DNA of 12,489 nucleotides from a virus: UHGV virus genome UHGV-0192751; one strand, 5' to 3'. Shown piece by piece: positions 1 to 7,120 of this stretch (position 1 is its first letter; each line of letters starts with the position of its first letter). The notes under the pieces were generated by a model. It saw only the letters and a program-made list of their open reading frames with translations, ran no database searches and was not told where the DNA came from. The position numbers and the translations under genes were made by a program.

Positions 1-279
1 AACCGCCTGGGTAACAAAGCGCCCGGCGACGGCTGGAAATATCGCGGCAGAGGGTTAATTCAAATCACTGGCCTCGACAATTATCGCACCTGCGGGGCTG
101 CTCTGAAGTTAGATTTGGTGACTTCACCTGAACAACTGGAACAGGAACTACAGGCTGCGCGCTCAGCTGCATGGTTCTACACCTCTAAAGGCTGCATGAT
201 CTACGGTGCCGATATTAATCGTGTTACTCGCATCATTAACGGCGGTCTGAACGGTATTGAGGATCGTAAGGTCCGATAA
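1..279 (+). CDS. Endolysin, GH19 (chitinase-like lysozyme) family, C-terminal part; 5' end lies outside the window
   Basis: Frame 1 is open from base 1 to TAA at 277-279. The translation [32 protein letters not shown]...[13 protein letters not shown] carries the YRGRG-IQ-TG-DNY and INGG-NG-DR motifs I recall from phage GH19 endolysins. Not searched. Confidence 0.7.
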   Translation, partial: NRLGNKAPGDGWKYRGRGLIQITGLDNYRTCGAALKLDLVTSPEQLEQELQAARSAAWFYTSKGCMIYGADINRVTRIINGGLNGIEDRKVR

Positions 280-541
280 GTCAGGCACCATTACGGTGAC
301 GCTACTCAAAACCTCCCCGGTGAATAAAAAGCTGTCTCTGGCGTATAACGCGCAAAGCCAGTCCTCTGCCACCTGGGGCAATAACGTGATCGTCATTCGC
401 AACACGGCATCGGGTGATATTTCTACTGCGCGTTCGTGTGCATTCCAGAAACAGCCTGATTTCAATAACGCTGAAGAGGGTGGAACCGTCGCCTGGGTAT
501 TCGACTGCGGCAAGATTGACCAGCTTCTCGGGGAGTTTTAA
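257..541 (+). CDS. Hypothetical small protein between endolysin and tail chaperone; start uncertain
   Basis: Open frame in an otherwise unexplained gap. The track start at 257 is TTG and overlaps the endolysin end; an in-frame GTG at 296 is an alternative. No transmembrane or signal features, so it is not an obvious spanin or holin. No convincing ribosome-binding site. Confidence 0.4.
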   Translation: MRIVRSDKSGTITVTLLKTSPVNKKLSLAYNAQSQSSATWGNNVIVIRNTASGDISTARSCAFQKQPDFNNAEEGGTVAWVFDCGKIDQLLGEF

Positions 542-544
542 CGC

Positions 545-970
545 ATGGAATTCGAAATTAAAGGCGTGAAATATCGCACCGCAAAGCTCAGCGTTTTCGA
601 ACAGCTGAAGGTGTCCCGCAAGCTGTTGCCGGTGCTGGCCGGGATGGTTTCTGACTTCCGGAGCGTTCAGGAGAAGATCAGCAGCAAAGACACCGAAGGC
701 GCGATGGCTACCATCCTGCCAAAGATTGCCAATGCTGTGTCCGATCTGAGCGATGGCGACGTGGACGCTATCCTGTTCCCCTGCCTTTCCGTTGTTTCAC
801 GCGAGCACATGAAAGGCTGGGTGCCGGTCTGCCAGCATGGCGAAATGGCGTTTGACGATATCGACCTGCTGACCATGCTGCAACTGGTGGCGCGGGTGGT
901 CGCCGACTCTCTGGGAAATTTTTTGCAAGGACTCCCTACCAGCGAGACGCCCACCCCGCCAGCGGAATAA
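545..970 (+). CDS. Tail assembly chaperone (lambda G-like / P2 E-like), 0-frame product
   Basis: ATG at 545 with GGGGAG upstream. A 141-aa acidic protein immediately upstream of the tape measure gene; a slippery heptamer near its 3' end opens a long -1 frame (see next feature). Confidence 0.6.
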   Translation: MEFEIKGVKYRTAKLSVFEQLKVSRKLLPVLAGMVSDFRSVQEKISSKDTEGAMATILPKIANAVSDLSDGDVDAILFPCLSVVSREHMKGWVPVCQHGEMAFDDIDLLTMLQLVARVVADSLGNFLQGLPTSETPTPPAE

Positions 971-1158
971 CCTTCAACAGCCTGCCGGGCGGTGAAGACT
1001 TTATTCTTCGTCCGGCGCTTGCCTTCCATATTGACCAGAAAGACCTTAACAGCGGTGCGGTAGACCTCTGCCGTATCGCGCTTCTCAATGACTACCTCGA
1101 CATGCGCGAGGATAACGACGCCCGGGTAGATAAATGGAGAGCGGCCAATGAGCGGTAA
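545..1158 (+). CDS. Tail assembly chaperone frameshift fusion (G-T-like), predicted -1 programmed ribosomal frameshift at 919-925
   Basis: The 0-frame codons aaT TTT TTG give heptamer T_TTT_TTG at 919-925. The -1 frame from 919 is open for about 80 codons with no stop until TAA at 1156-1158, which overlaps the tape measure start at 1148. This is the conserved chaperone/frameshift/tape-measure arrangement. Confidence 0.45.
919..925 (+). other. Candidate -1 slippery heptanucleotide T_TTT_TTG
   Basis: Read directly; in-frame placement was verified codon by codon from the ATG at 545. Confidence 0.45.
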
Positions 1159-3163
1159 CGCAGATACGATTAAAGATTTCCTTGTTTCGCTGGGATTCGA
1201 TATCGATCAGGCTGGCGCTAATAAGTTTGAAGCCGTGCTGAAAGGCGTTACCGCGAACGTTCTGAAGGTCGGCGCGGTGGTGAAAGGCTCAGCGCTTAGC
1301 ATTGTCGGATTTACCACCCAGATCGCGAATGGTCTGGATAAAATTTACTGGGCATCCCAGCGGACGGGGGCCAGCGTCCAGGGCATCAAAGCGCTGGGCT
1401 ATGCCGCATCGCAAACCGGTGCCAGCGCCGAGTCGGCCATGTCCTCTCTTGAAGGGTTGGCTGGTTTCATGCGTAGCAATCCGGGGGCGGAAGGGTTCCT
1501 GAACCGTCTGGGCGTACAGACCCGCGATGCCAGCGGAAAGATGCGTGATACTGCGGCCATCTTTACTGGCGTTGGGCAAAAGCTCAACAACATGCCGTAT
1601 TACCGCGCGAAACAATACGCGCAGATGCTTGGCATCGATGAAAACACGCTGATGGCGATGCGCAGAGGGATGGGGCAGCTCAGTCCTGAGTACGCGTTGA
1701 CGGCAAAGCGTATTGGTTTTAATGCTGAGTCAGCGGCTAAACAGTCCAATATTTTCATGACCTCCATGCGTAATCTGACGATGACGCTTGGACAGGCGAA
1801 AGACAAGATTGGCTCTAACCTAGCTGGTGGCCTTGCTGGCAGTATTGATAACTTCCGCAGGCAGATACTCGACAACTGGCCGAAGATTGAAGCGGTCATC
1901 ACGAAGATCATCAAAGGAATTCTCTGGGCAGGTGACGCGATTACCCGCGTGTTATGGCGAACTGGGCAAGCTGTTGAGGGTGTGATCGCCTGGTTCAAAA
2001 AGCTGAACCCAGCCACGCAGCAGCTTATCGCATTGTTCAGTGGGCTGTTGGTTGCATGGCGGCTGCTAAATACCGCTTTCATGTCATCACCCTTGGGCAT
2101 GATAACGACGCTTATTATTGCACTTGGTCTGCTCTTGGATGATTACCAGACGTGGAAAGAAGGTGGCAAAAGCCTGATTGACTGGGGGAAATGGAAGACT
2201 GAAATTGATCAGGCCGTCAAAATGATTGGTGACCTGAAAAAGACTGTTACGGACCTGACAAAAGCGCTGGCTAAGTTGCTCGGTATTGACCCCAAGTCAT
2301 GGTCCCTAAAGTGGGATTTTAGCAACTTCATTTCGCAAATGGGTGAGTTCGGCAAGATGCTGAACATGATCGCTGATTTGCTGAATGCCATAAAAGATGG
2401 CAACTGGGCGCAGGCCGCTAGTATAGGCAAACAGCTGCTAAATCAGGGCAGCGAAAATCCGTCAGCGATGCCGATGGTAACAGACAGCGCCAACGGTACC
2501 GCCGACTGGATTAAAGAGCACTGGGGATTCGATCCTCGCAGCGTGGGCCGAACGGTGCGCGGCTGGTTCGGTGATGATGAGCCTGAACAGCTCGGCCAGT
2601 CAGTTAAGCGGCCACAGCCAACCAAAGCAGGCTCTGAACTGCTGGGATGGATGCAGCCGATGCTTACCAACCTGGAACAGCTCTACCGGCTTCCGGAGGG
2701 GTTATTGCGCAGTGTGGCCATAACGGAATCTGGCGGTAATCAGTTCGCCGTTTCAGGCGCTGGCGCTAAAGGTCTGTTTCAGTTTATGGATGGTACGGCG
2801 CGCGACATGGGCCTTCGCGGAAACGATGTATTCGACCCGCAAAAGTCAGCTCAGGCCGCAGCTAAGTACCTCAGCCAGCTGTTGCGGCAGAACGGCGGAG
2901 ACCTTAGCAAAGCACTGGCATCATATAACTGGGGGATCGGGAATGTTAAGCGCTATGGCATGGGGTTAATGCCGCAGGAAACGCGTAACTACATTCCGAA
3001 AGTAATGAGCAACATGCCCACCAGCGCCCCGGTGATTCAGCAGGAAACGAATATTAACATCCACGGCGTTTCCGATCCGCGCGAGGCTGCCCGTTTGACT
3101 GTTGATCGTCAAAAGGGCGTGAATTCACAGTTAACCCAGCAACTCCCCGCAGGACCGAGATAA
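1148..3163 (+). CDS. Tail tape measure protein with C-terminal soluble lytic transglycosylase (SLT) domain
   Basis: 671 aa. The N-terminal part is alanine/glycine-rich and helical, the centre has hydrophobic segments (LIALFSGLLVAWRLL..., ITTLIIALGLLL), and the C-terminal part has an SLT-like motif ITESGGNQFAVSGAGAKGLFQFMDGTARDMG ... YNWGIGN, with the putative catalytic Glu at codon 2726-2728. Its position after the frameshifted chaperone fits. Confidence 0.85.
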   Translation: MSGNADTIKDFLVSLGFDIDQAGANKFEAVLKGVTANVLKVGAVVKGSALSIVGFTTQIANGLDKIYWASQRTGASVQGIKALGYAASQTGASAESAMSSLEGLAGFMRSNPGAEGFLNRLGVQTRDASGKMRDTAAIFTGVGQKLNNMPYYRAKQYAQMLGIDENTLMAMRRGMGQLSPEYALTAKRIGFNAESAAKQSNIFMTSMRNLTMTLGQAKDKIGSNLAGGLAGSIDNFRRQILDNWPKIEAVITKIIKGILWAGDAITRVLWRTGQAVEGVIAWFKKLNPATQQLIALFSGLLVAWRLLNTAFMSSPLGMITTLIIALGLLLDDYQTWKEGGKSLIDWGKWKTEIDQAVKMIGDLKKTVTDLTKALAKLLGIDPKSWSLKWDFSNFISQMGEFGKMLNMIADLLNAIKDGNWAQAASIGKQLLNQGSENPSAMPMVTDSANGTADWIKEHWGFDPRSVGRTVRGWFGDDEPEQLGQSVKRPQPTKAGSELLGWMQPMLTNLEQLYRLPEGLLRSVAITESGGNQFAVSGAGAKGLFQFMDGTARDMGLRGNDVFDPQKSAQAAAKYLSQLLRQNGGDLSKALASYNWGIGNVKRYGMGLMPQETRNYIPKVMSNMPTSAPVIQQETNINIHGVSDPREAARLTVDRQKGVNSQLTQQLPAGPR

Positions 3164-3765
3164 TGGATATTTTATCAGCGATTTTTCGCCAGCAATCCCG
3201 GCGAATTGGCCTGCTGATCCCCAGCGTGGTCGTCTCCGAAAAGCATTCTGATGCGCTCGAAATTACTGAGCACCCGGTGGAGAAGCCAACAACGAATAGC
3301 GCTTCGGGCTTCATCGCCGATCATGCGTATAAGCGCCCCAGCGAAGTCACAATGGAATGCGGCTTCGCTGGTGGCGGTTCGTTGCTGGACTTCATTGATA
3401 CATCGTCAATCGGCCTCAGCGCCGGACTTAGCCCGAAAGAGACCTATCAGCAACTACTGGATCTCCAGTCCTCTCGGGTGCCGTTCGATGTAGTGACCGG
3501 AAAGCGGGTTTACAGCAATATGCTGGTGCGAGCCATCGAGGTGACAACGGATAAAACCAGCGAGAACGTGCTGAACTGCACGCTTACCCTGCGTGAAGTG
3601 ATCATGTCGCAGACGCAGAGCGTTAGCGTTGCAGATAAATCAGATATGCAGGATGGCGTCAGCACATCGGCGGTGCAGAATTCCGGGATGAAATCCACTA
3701 CACCGCCAAACGAATCCTTGCTGAGCCAGCTGGGCGGAAGCGTTACATCAGCATTCGGGGGATGA
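3163..3765 (+). CDS. Tail/baseplate structural protein (post-tape-measure; function not resolved)
   Basis: ATG at 3163 overlaps the tape measure stop (TAATG). 200 aa, assigned by position in the tail operon only. Confidence 0.55.
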   Translation: MDILSAIFRQQSRRIGLLIPSVVVSEKHSDALEITEHPVEKPTTNSASGFIADHAYKRPSEVTMECGFAGGGSLLDFIDTSSIGLSAGLSPKETYQQLLDLQSSRVPFDVVTGKRVYSNMLVRAIEVTTDKTSENVLNCTLTLREVIMSQTQSVSVADKSDMQDGVSTSAVQNSGMKSTTPPNESLLSQLGGSVTSAFGG

Positions 3766-3766
3766 T

Positions 3767-4072
3767 ATGCAGTTTAACGAAATACCGCTTTCTCCTGACA
3801 ATCAGCAGTTCCGCGTTTTGCTGGGCAATACCACGTATACACTCAGGATCATCTGGCGTGATGCGGCTGGCTGGATTATGGACGTGATGGATAGCGGCGG
3901 TGCCGCGCTTCTCTCTGGCGTACCTCTACTGACCGGCGTAAACCTTTTACGACAATATCCACAGCTTGGCATTGATGGCGCGCTGGTGGTGGCGACCGAT
4001 AAGGGCGCACCAGACGAGCCCACCAAAACCAACCTCGGCACATACAGCCACCTCATTTTCGTACAGGAGTAG
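3767..4072 (+). CDS. Small tail/baseplate protein (hypothetical)
   Basis: ATG one base after the upstream stop, suggesting translational coupling. 101 aa, no recognised motif. Confidence 0.5.
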   Translation: MQFNEIPLSPDNQQFRVLLGNTTYTLRIIWRDAAGWIMDVMDSGGAALLSGVPLLTGVNLLRQYPQLGIDGALVVATDKGAPDEPTKTNLGTYSHLIFVQE

Positions 4073-4074
4073 AA

Positions 4075-5145
4075 ATGTCTCTTAACTGGATGCGCCATTT
4101 TGAGCTGCAACTGTTGGACCAGAACGGGCAGGGCGTTTCCCTGTCTAACTTTAAGGTCACGTTCCAGATCGAGTGGGCAGACACACGCTGGCCGCGCGTG
4201 GCGAACGTGAAAATTTACAACCTTTCGACCGATACCACGAACAAGATACTTGGGCAGGAGTTTGCCAAAATTCGCATCATTGCCGGGTATGACGGTATAG
4301 CGCCGGATGTTGATGCGAGCCAGGTTGGTGTCGCCCTGGAGATTTCACCAGACCAGGTAGGGCAGGTGAACGGTCAGAACTACGGCCTGATATTTGACGG
4401 TGATATTCGCTTCACCGTCACCGGGAAGGACAACATTACGGATTCCTGGGTATTGATTCAGGCCATTGGTGATCACGAAGCGTTCCTCTATGCGACCACC
4501 ATCACCACGCTTGCCGCTGGCTATACCGTTGCGGATCTGCACCGGGCGACGATGCAGGATTTCAACGCGTTCGGCGTGACACAGGGCATTACCGGCGATT
4601 TTCCTGATACCGTGTTTCCTCGTGGCCGTGCGATTTACTCATCCAGCCGCAACGTGATGGATAATATTGCTGCGCAGTGCAAAGCGACATGGCAACTGGT
4701 GGATGGTCAGGTCCAGATGGTGCCGGAGGATAAATATATTCACGAAGCCATTGTGTTGAATGCCGATACTGGCCTGATCGGTATGCCGCAACAAACGATG
4801 GGCGGCGGCGTAAACGTGCGGTGCCTGATAAACCCGAACATCCGCATCAATGGCCTTATCCAGCTCGATCAGGCTTCGGTATACCGCGCGACAGTTGGCA
4901 ACTCCGATATTGCGCAGTCGCTTGGGCGGATCGGGACGTCTGTATATAATGGGAACATCGAAAGTGACACGTTACCCAGCAAGCAACAGGCTGCCAGCAT
5001 TGCGACAGATGGCGTTTATATCGTCAAAGCTATCGACTATACTGGCGACACCAGAGGTCAGGCGTGGTACATGGATTTGATGTGTTTTGCGCGTGGTGCT
5101 CGTGAAATGGTTAGTCAGGACACGCTTAAAAAATGGCAGGTATAA
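4075..5145 (+). CDS. Baseplate hub-like protein (Mu gp44 / P2 gpD-like position)
   Basis: AGGAG ribosome-binding site before ATG at 4075. 356 aa. Size and position between the tape measure and the spike fit a hub protein; the family call is by synteny, not motif. Confidence 0.55.
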   Translation: MSLNWMRHFELQLLDQNGQGVSLSNFKVTFQIEWADTRWPRVANVKIYNLSTDTTNKILGQEFAKIRIIAGYDGIAPDVDASQVGVALEISPDQVGQVNGQNYGLIFDGDIRFTVTGKDNITDSWVLIQAIGDHEAFLYATTITTLAAGYTVADLHRATMQDFNAFGVTQGITGDFPDTVFPRGRAIYSSSRNVMDNIAAQCKATWQLVDGQVQMVPEDKYIHEAIVLNADTGLIGMPQQTMGGGVNVRCLINPNIRINGLIQLDQASVYRATVGNSDIAQSLGRIGTSVYNGNIESDTLPSKQQAASIATDGVYIVKAIDYTGDTRGQAWYMDLMCFARGAREMVSQDTLKKWQV

Positions 5146-5146
5146 G

Positions 5147-5497
5147 ATGGGTAAGGCCAAACTTCTAATTTGTGGTGTTCTTTTATCAGTTGTCGGCACG
5201 TCAGGGGCCTTAGCTGATACTCAGTGCGGGCCGTATCGCCTCACTGCGGGCAAAGAAGGACTAATGCTTATTAACGGGGTAAAACCTGAAACGCAAAAAA
5301 TGTCTTTTCTCAAGTCTAAAGATGACTACCAAAACATGAAAGCAGAATGGATGGTTGCAACCGACCAACCAGGTCGCTGGGTTGGGCTTGAGTACATCAA
5401 GCGCAACGGAAAAGCCATTCTCAACGCACAGTGGCTGCAAGCCAGCATGGATTCTCCGCGCCAGTATGCAACATACGACTGCGTGAAGGTTAAGTGA
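5147..5497 (+). CDS. Secreted (periplasmic) small protein of unknown function, accessory gene
   Basis: ATG at 5147, one base after the hub stop. N-terminus MGKAKLLICGVLLSVVGTSGALA-DTQ reads as a Sec signal peptide with an A-L-A cleavage site. The mature protein is about 94 aa with one Cys near each end (possible disulfide). The region looks more AT-rich than the flanks. The track's TTG start at 5087 was rejected. Confidence 0.6.
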   Translation: MGKAKLLICGVLLSVVGTSGALADTQCGPYRLTAGKEGLMLINGVKPETQKMSFLKSKDDYQNMKAEWMVATDQPGRWVGLEYIKRNGKAILNAQWLQASMDSPRQYATYDCVKVK

Positions 5498-5578
5498 TTC
5501 TTCGCATGATCAAAAAACCAGTGCCATTTCGATTTTCTTCACTGTTACAATGCGGGAAACATCAATAGAGCTCGGCGC

Positions 5579-5935
5579 ATGGACAAAGAAACAAGAAAGC
5601 AAATAGAGAGAGATCTCGATAATGAATTAATGAAAATGTTATCCGTTGTAACGATGGATAAGTTTTCCAGCTTTCTCGTGGAAAGAGGAATTGAAGGTTT
5701 AACATGTAAGGTGTGCGGCAGTGACGACATTGGTGTTCCTCTTATGGCTCCTATTGGGCATCAGGCTTTTTTAAATTATTCGAAAGTTGATGGCGGTGGA
5801 CCTCCGCACTCCCTTTATAATTATGAGTACAGGCTACCATGTAACAACTGCGGATTTGTGCATAGTTTCGCTGTTTACCCTGTGCTTAAATGGATAGAAG
5901 ATCAGGAGGGAGACGGTGGCTCAAAGGCAGACTGA
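5579..5935 (+). CDS. Hypothetical protein with two CxxC motifs (zinc-ribbon-like), accessory gene
   Basis: ATG at 5579 with no in-frame alternative start upstream (checked back to the stop at 5495-5497). Contains CKVC and CNNC about 41 residues apart. AT-rich coding sequence; weak ribosome-binding site. Confidence 0.5.
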   Translation: MDKETRKQIERDLDNELMKMLSVVTMDKFSSFLVERGIEGLTCKVCGSDDIGVPLMAPIGHQAFLNYSKVDGGGPPHSLYNYEYRLPCNNCGFVHSFAVYPVLKWIEDQEGDGGSKAD

Positions 5936-6008
5936 TAACGTAACGATGGGGAGATTCCCGCCGCTCAGAAAAAGAGAGGGTGGCGAACCACCAACAGGAG
6001 ACGATGAC

Positions 6009-6218
6009 ATGCAACAGCGAGTAAGGGAGCTTGAAAAAGACGTCCAGTCTATCAAGACAGACTTGGCTGTCATGAAATCAAATTACGCCACAAAAGAAGA
6101 CGTCAGCAACGCCAAGAACAGTATCATTATGTGGGTTGTCGGTGCGGTTATTTTTGCTCAATTAATACCTGCGCTTCCTGCAATCCTTGATGCCGTCAAA
6201 CGAATGTTGAGTGGCTAA
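6009..6218 (+). CDS. Small coiled-coil protein with C-terminal transmembrane anchor (XhlA-like architecture), accessory gene
   Basis: AGGAG at 5996-6000, 8 nt upstream of ATG 6009. The 69-aa product MQQRVRELEKDVQSIKTDLAVMK... ends in the hydrophobic stretch IIMWVVGAVIFAQLIPALPAIL. The track start at 5916 is GTG, has no ribosome-binding site and overlaps the upstream ORF. Confidence 0.55.
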   Translation: MQQRVRELEKDVQSIKTDLAVMKSNYATKEDVSNAKNSIIMWVVGAVIFAQLIPALPAILDAVKRMLSG

Positions 6219-6255
6219 CTAACAGCCAATTGCTTCAATCCATTCTTTGATCACT

Positions 6256-6281
6256 AACCCGCCGCCGAGCGGGTTTTTTTT
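6256..6281 (+). terminator. Rho-independent terminator closing the accessory island
   Basis: Stem CCCGC (6258-6262), loop CGCCGA, stem GCGGG (6269-6273), followed by eight T (6274-6281). Confidence 0.6.
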
Positions 6282-6292
6282 ATGGGGTTTTT

Positions 6293-7033
6293 ATGCCAAT
6301 TCCAACTCAATCACAGATCGGCGGTGAGCAGCAGACCGCGCAGGCCATTGCCGATTCGGTGTCTACCCAGATGCGCGTAGCGATTCCAGGCATCATTCAG
6401 TCGTTCGATCCTGACGCTGTTACTTGCACAGTAGAGGTGGCGCTTCGCGGTATTGTTGGCGACGACTCCACCGAATTAAAACCGCTGGTGGATGTGCCGG
6501 TTATCTTCCCGCGCGGCGGCGGTTGCACGCTGACCTTTCCGGTAAAAGAAGGCGACGAGTGCCTGCTGCTCTTTGCCGACCGTTGCATCGATTTCTGGTG
6601 GCAGAGCGGCGGCGTTCAGGAGACCGTCGATCCGCGACAGCATGACTTATCTGATGCGTTCGCCATCGTTGGCCCGCAGTCGCAAGCACAGAAAATCAGC
6701 GGTATCAGTACCAGCGCCGCGCAGCTGCGAACCGATGATGGTGCGGCGTTCGTAGAGGTTGCCGCAGGACATAACATCACCGTTCAAACACCGGGCCAGC
6801 TCACGGCTACGGCTGAAGGTGGAACGACAATCACATCCCCGACTATCACGCTGAACGGCAACGTAACGATTAATGGCAATCTGTCTCAGGGAATGGGCGA
6901 AAGTGGCGGTACTGCGACGATGCTTGGGCCGGTGACGGTGACTAACGATGTGAAGGCTGGAGGTAAGAGCCTCATCCAGCATACCCATGGCGGTGTGCAG
7001 AATGGCAGCGGGAATACTACCGCGCCTAATTAA
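6293..7033 (+). CDS. Baseplate central spike protein (P2 gpV / Mu gp45-like)
   Basis: 246 aa. The C-terminal part is repeat-like and beta-rich (TITSPTITLNGNVTINGN) and has an H-T-H motif (6980-6988) near the C-terminus, as at the iron-binding apex of gpV-type spikes. Position fits. Confidence 0.7.
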   Translation: MPIPTQSQIGGEQQTAQAIADSVSTQMRVAIPGIIQSFDPDAVTCTVEVALRGIVGDDSTELKPLVDVPVIFPRGGGCTLTFPVKEGDECLLLFADRCIDFWWQSGGVQETVDPRQHDLSDAFAIVGPQSQAQKISGISTSAAQLRTDDGAAFVEVAAGHNITVQTPGQLTATAEGGTTITSPTITLNGNVTINGNLSQGMGESGGTATMLGPVTVTNDVKAGGKSLIQHTHGGVQNGSGNTTAPN

Positions 7034-7050
7034 AAACTACCAAACAGACA

Positions 7051-7086
7051 AAAGCCCCGGGTGCGCTAACACTTCGGGGCTTTTTA
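7051..7086 (+). terminator. Candidate rho-independent terminator after the spike gene
   Basis: GCCCCG (7054-7059) pairs with CGGGGC (7075-7080), followed by TTTTT (7081-7085). The loop is long (15 nt), so the call is weaker. Confidence 0.45.
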
Positions 7087-7120
7087 CTTTCTGCACCTTG
7101 AGGATAGCAAGGGAGAATAT

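Noticed and set aside
302-313. CTACTCAAAACC, resembling a half-site of a Din-family recombination site
   Set aside because: Only a 9 of 12 match to the recalled half-site consensus, with no partnering GGTTT half, and about 11.7 kb from the invertase.
163-513. 116-aa minus-strand ORF
   Set aside because: It overlaps the endolysin 3' end and the small + strand ORF; it is the antisense shadow of coding sequence and has no ribosome-binding site.
1289-2670. Several minus-strand and alternate-frame ORFs inside the tape measure gene (1289-1615, 1302-1502, 1399-1593, 1600-2100, 2209-2430, 2443-2670)
   Set aside because: All lie within the well-supported tape measure reading frame; they are typical spurious ORFs in coding DNA.
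5087-5146. N-terminal extension of the secreted-protein ORF from the track start at 5087
   Set aside because: Position 5087 is TTG and overlaps the hub gene 3' end. The ATG at 5147 directly precedes a canonical signal peptide and abuts the upstream stop.
5520-5551. Possible sigma70 promoter upstream of the zinc-ribbon ORF, with -10 TACAAT at 5546-5551
   Set aside because: The -10 element is good but the best -35 candidate (GTGCCA or TGCCAT) is poor and the spacing is ambiguous; too weak to call without transcript data.
5916-6008. Longer form of the coiled-coil membrane protein starting at 5916 or 5946
   Set aside because: 5916 is GTG and overlaps the upstream ORF; neither it nor the ATG at 5946 has a ribosome-binding site, whereas ATG 6009 is preceded by AGGAG at ideal spacing. 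The longer form cannot be fully excluded.
6397-6988. Arg-rich overlapping ORFs on both strands within the spike gene (6397-6588, 6424-6645, 6501-6689, 6573-6755, 6647-6988)
   Set aside because: These are alternate-frame translations of the GC-rich spike coding sequence, whose own product has clear spike-like features.
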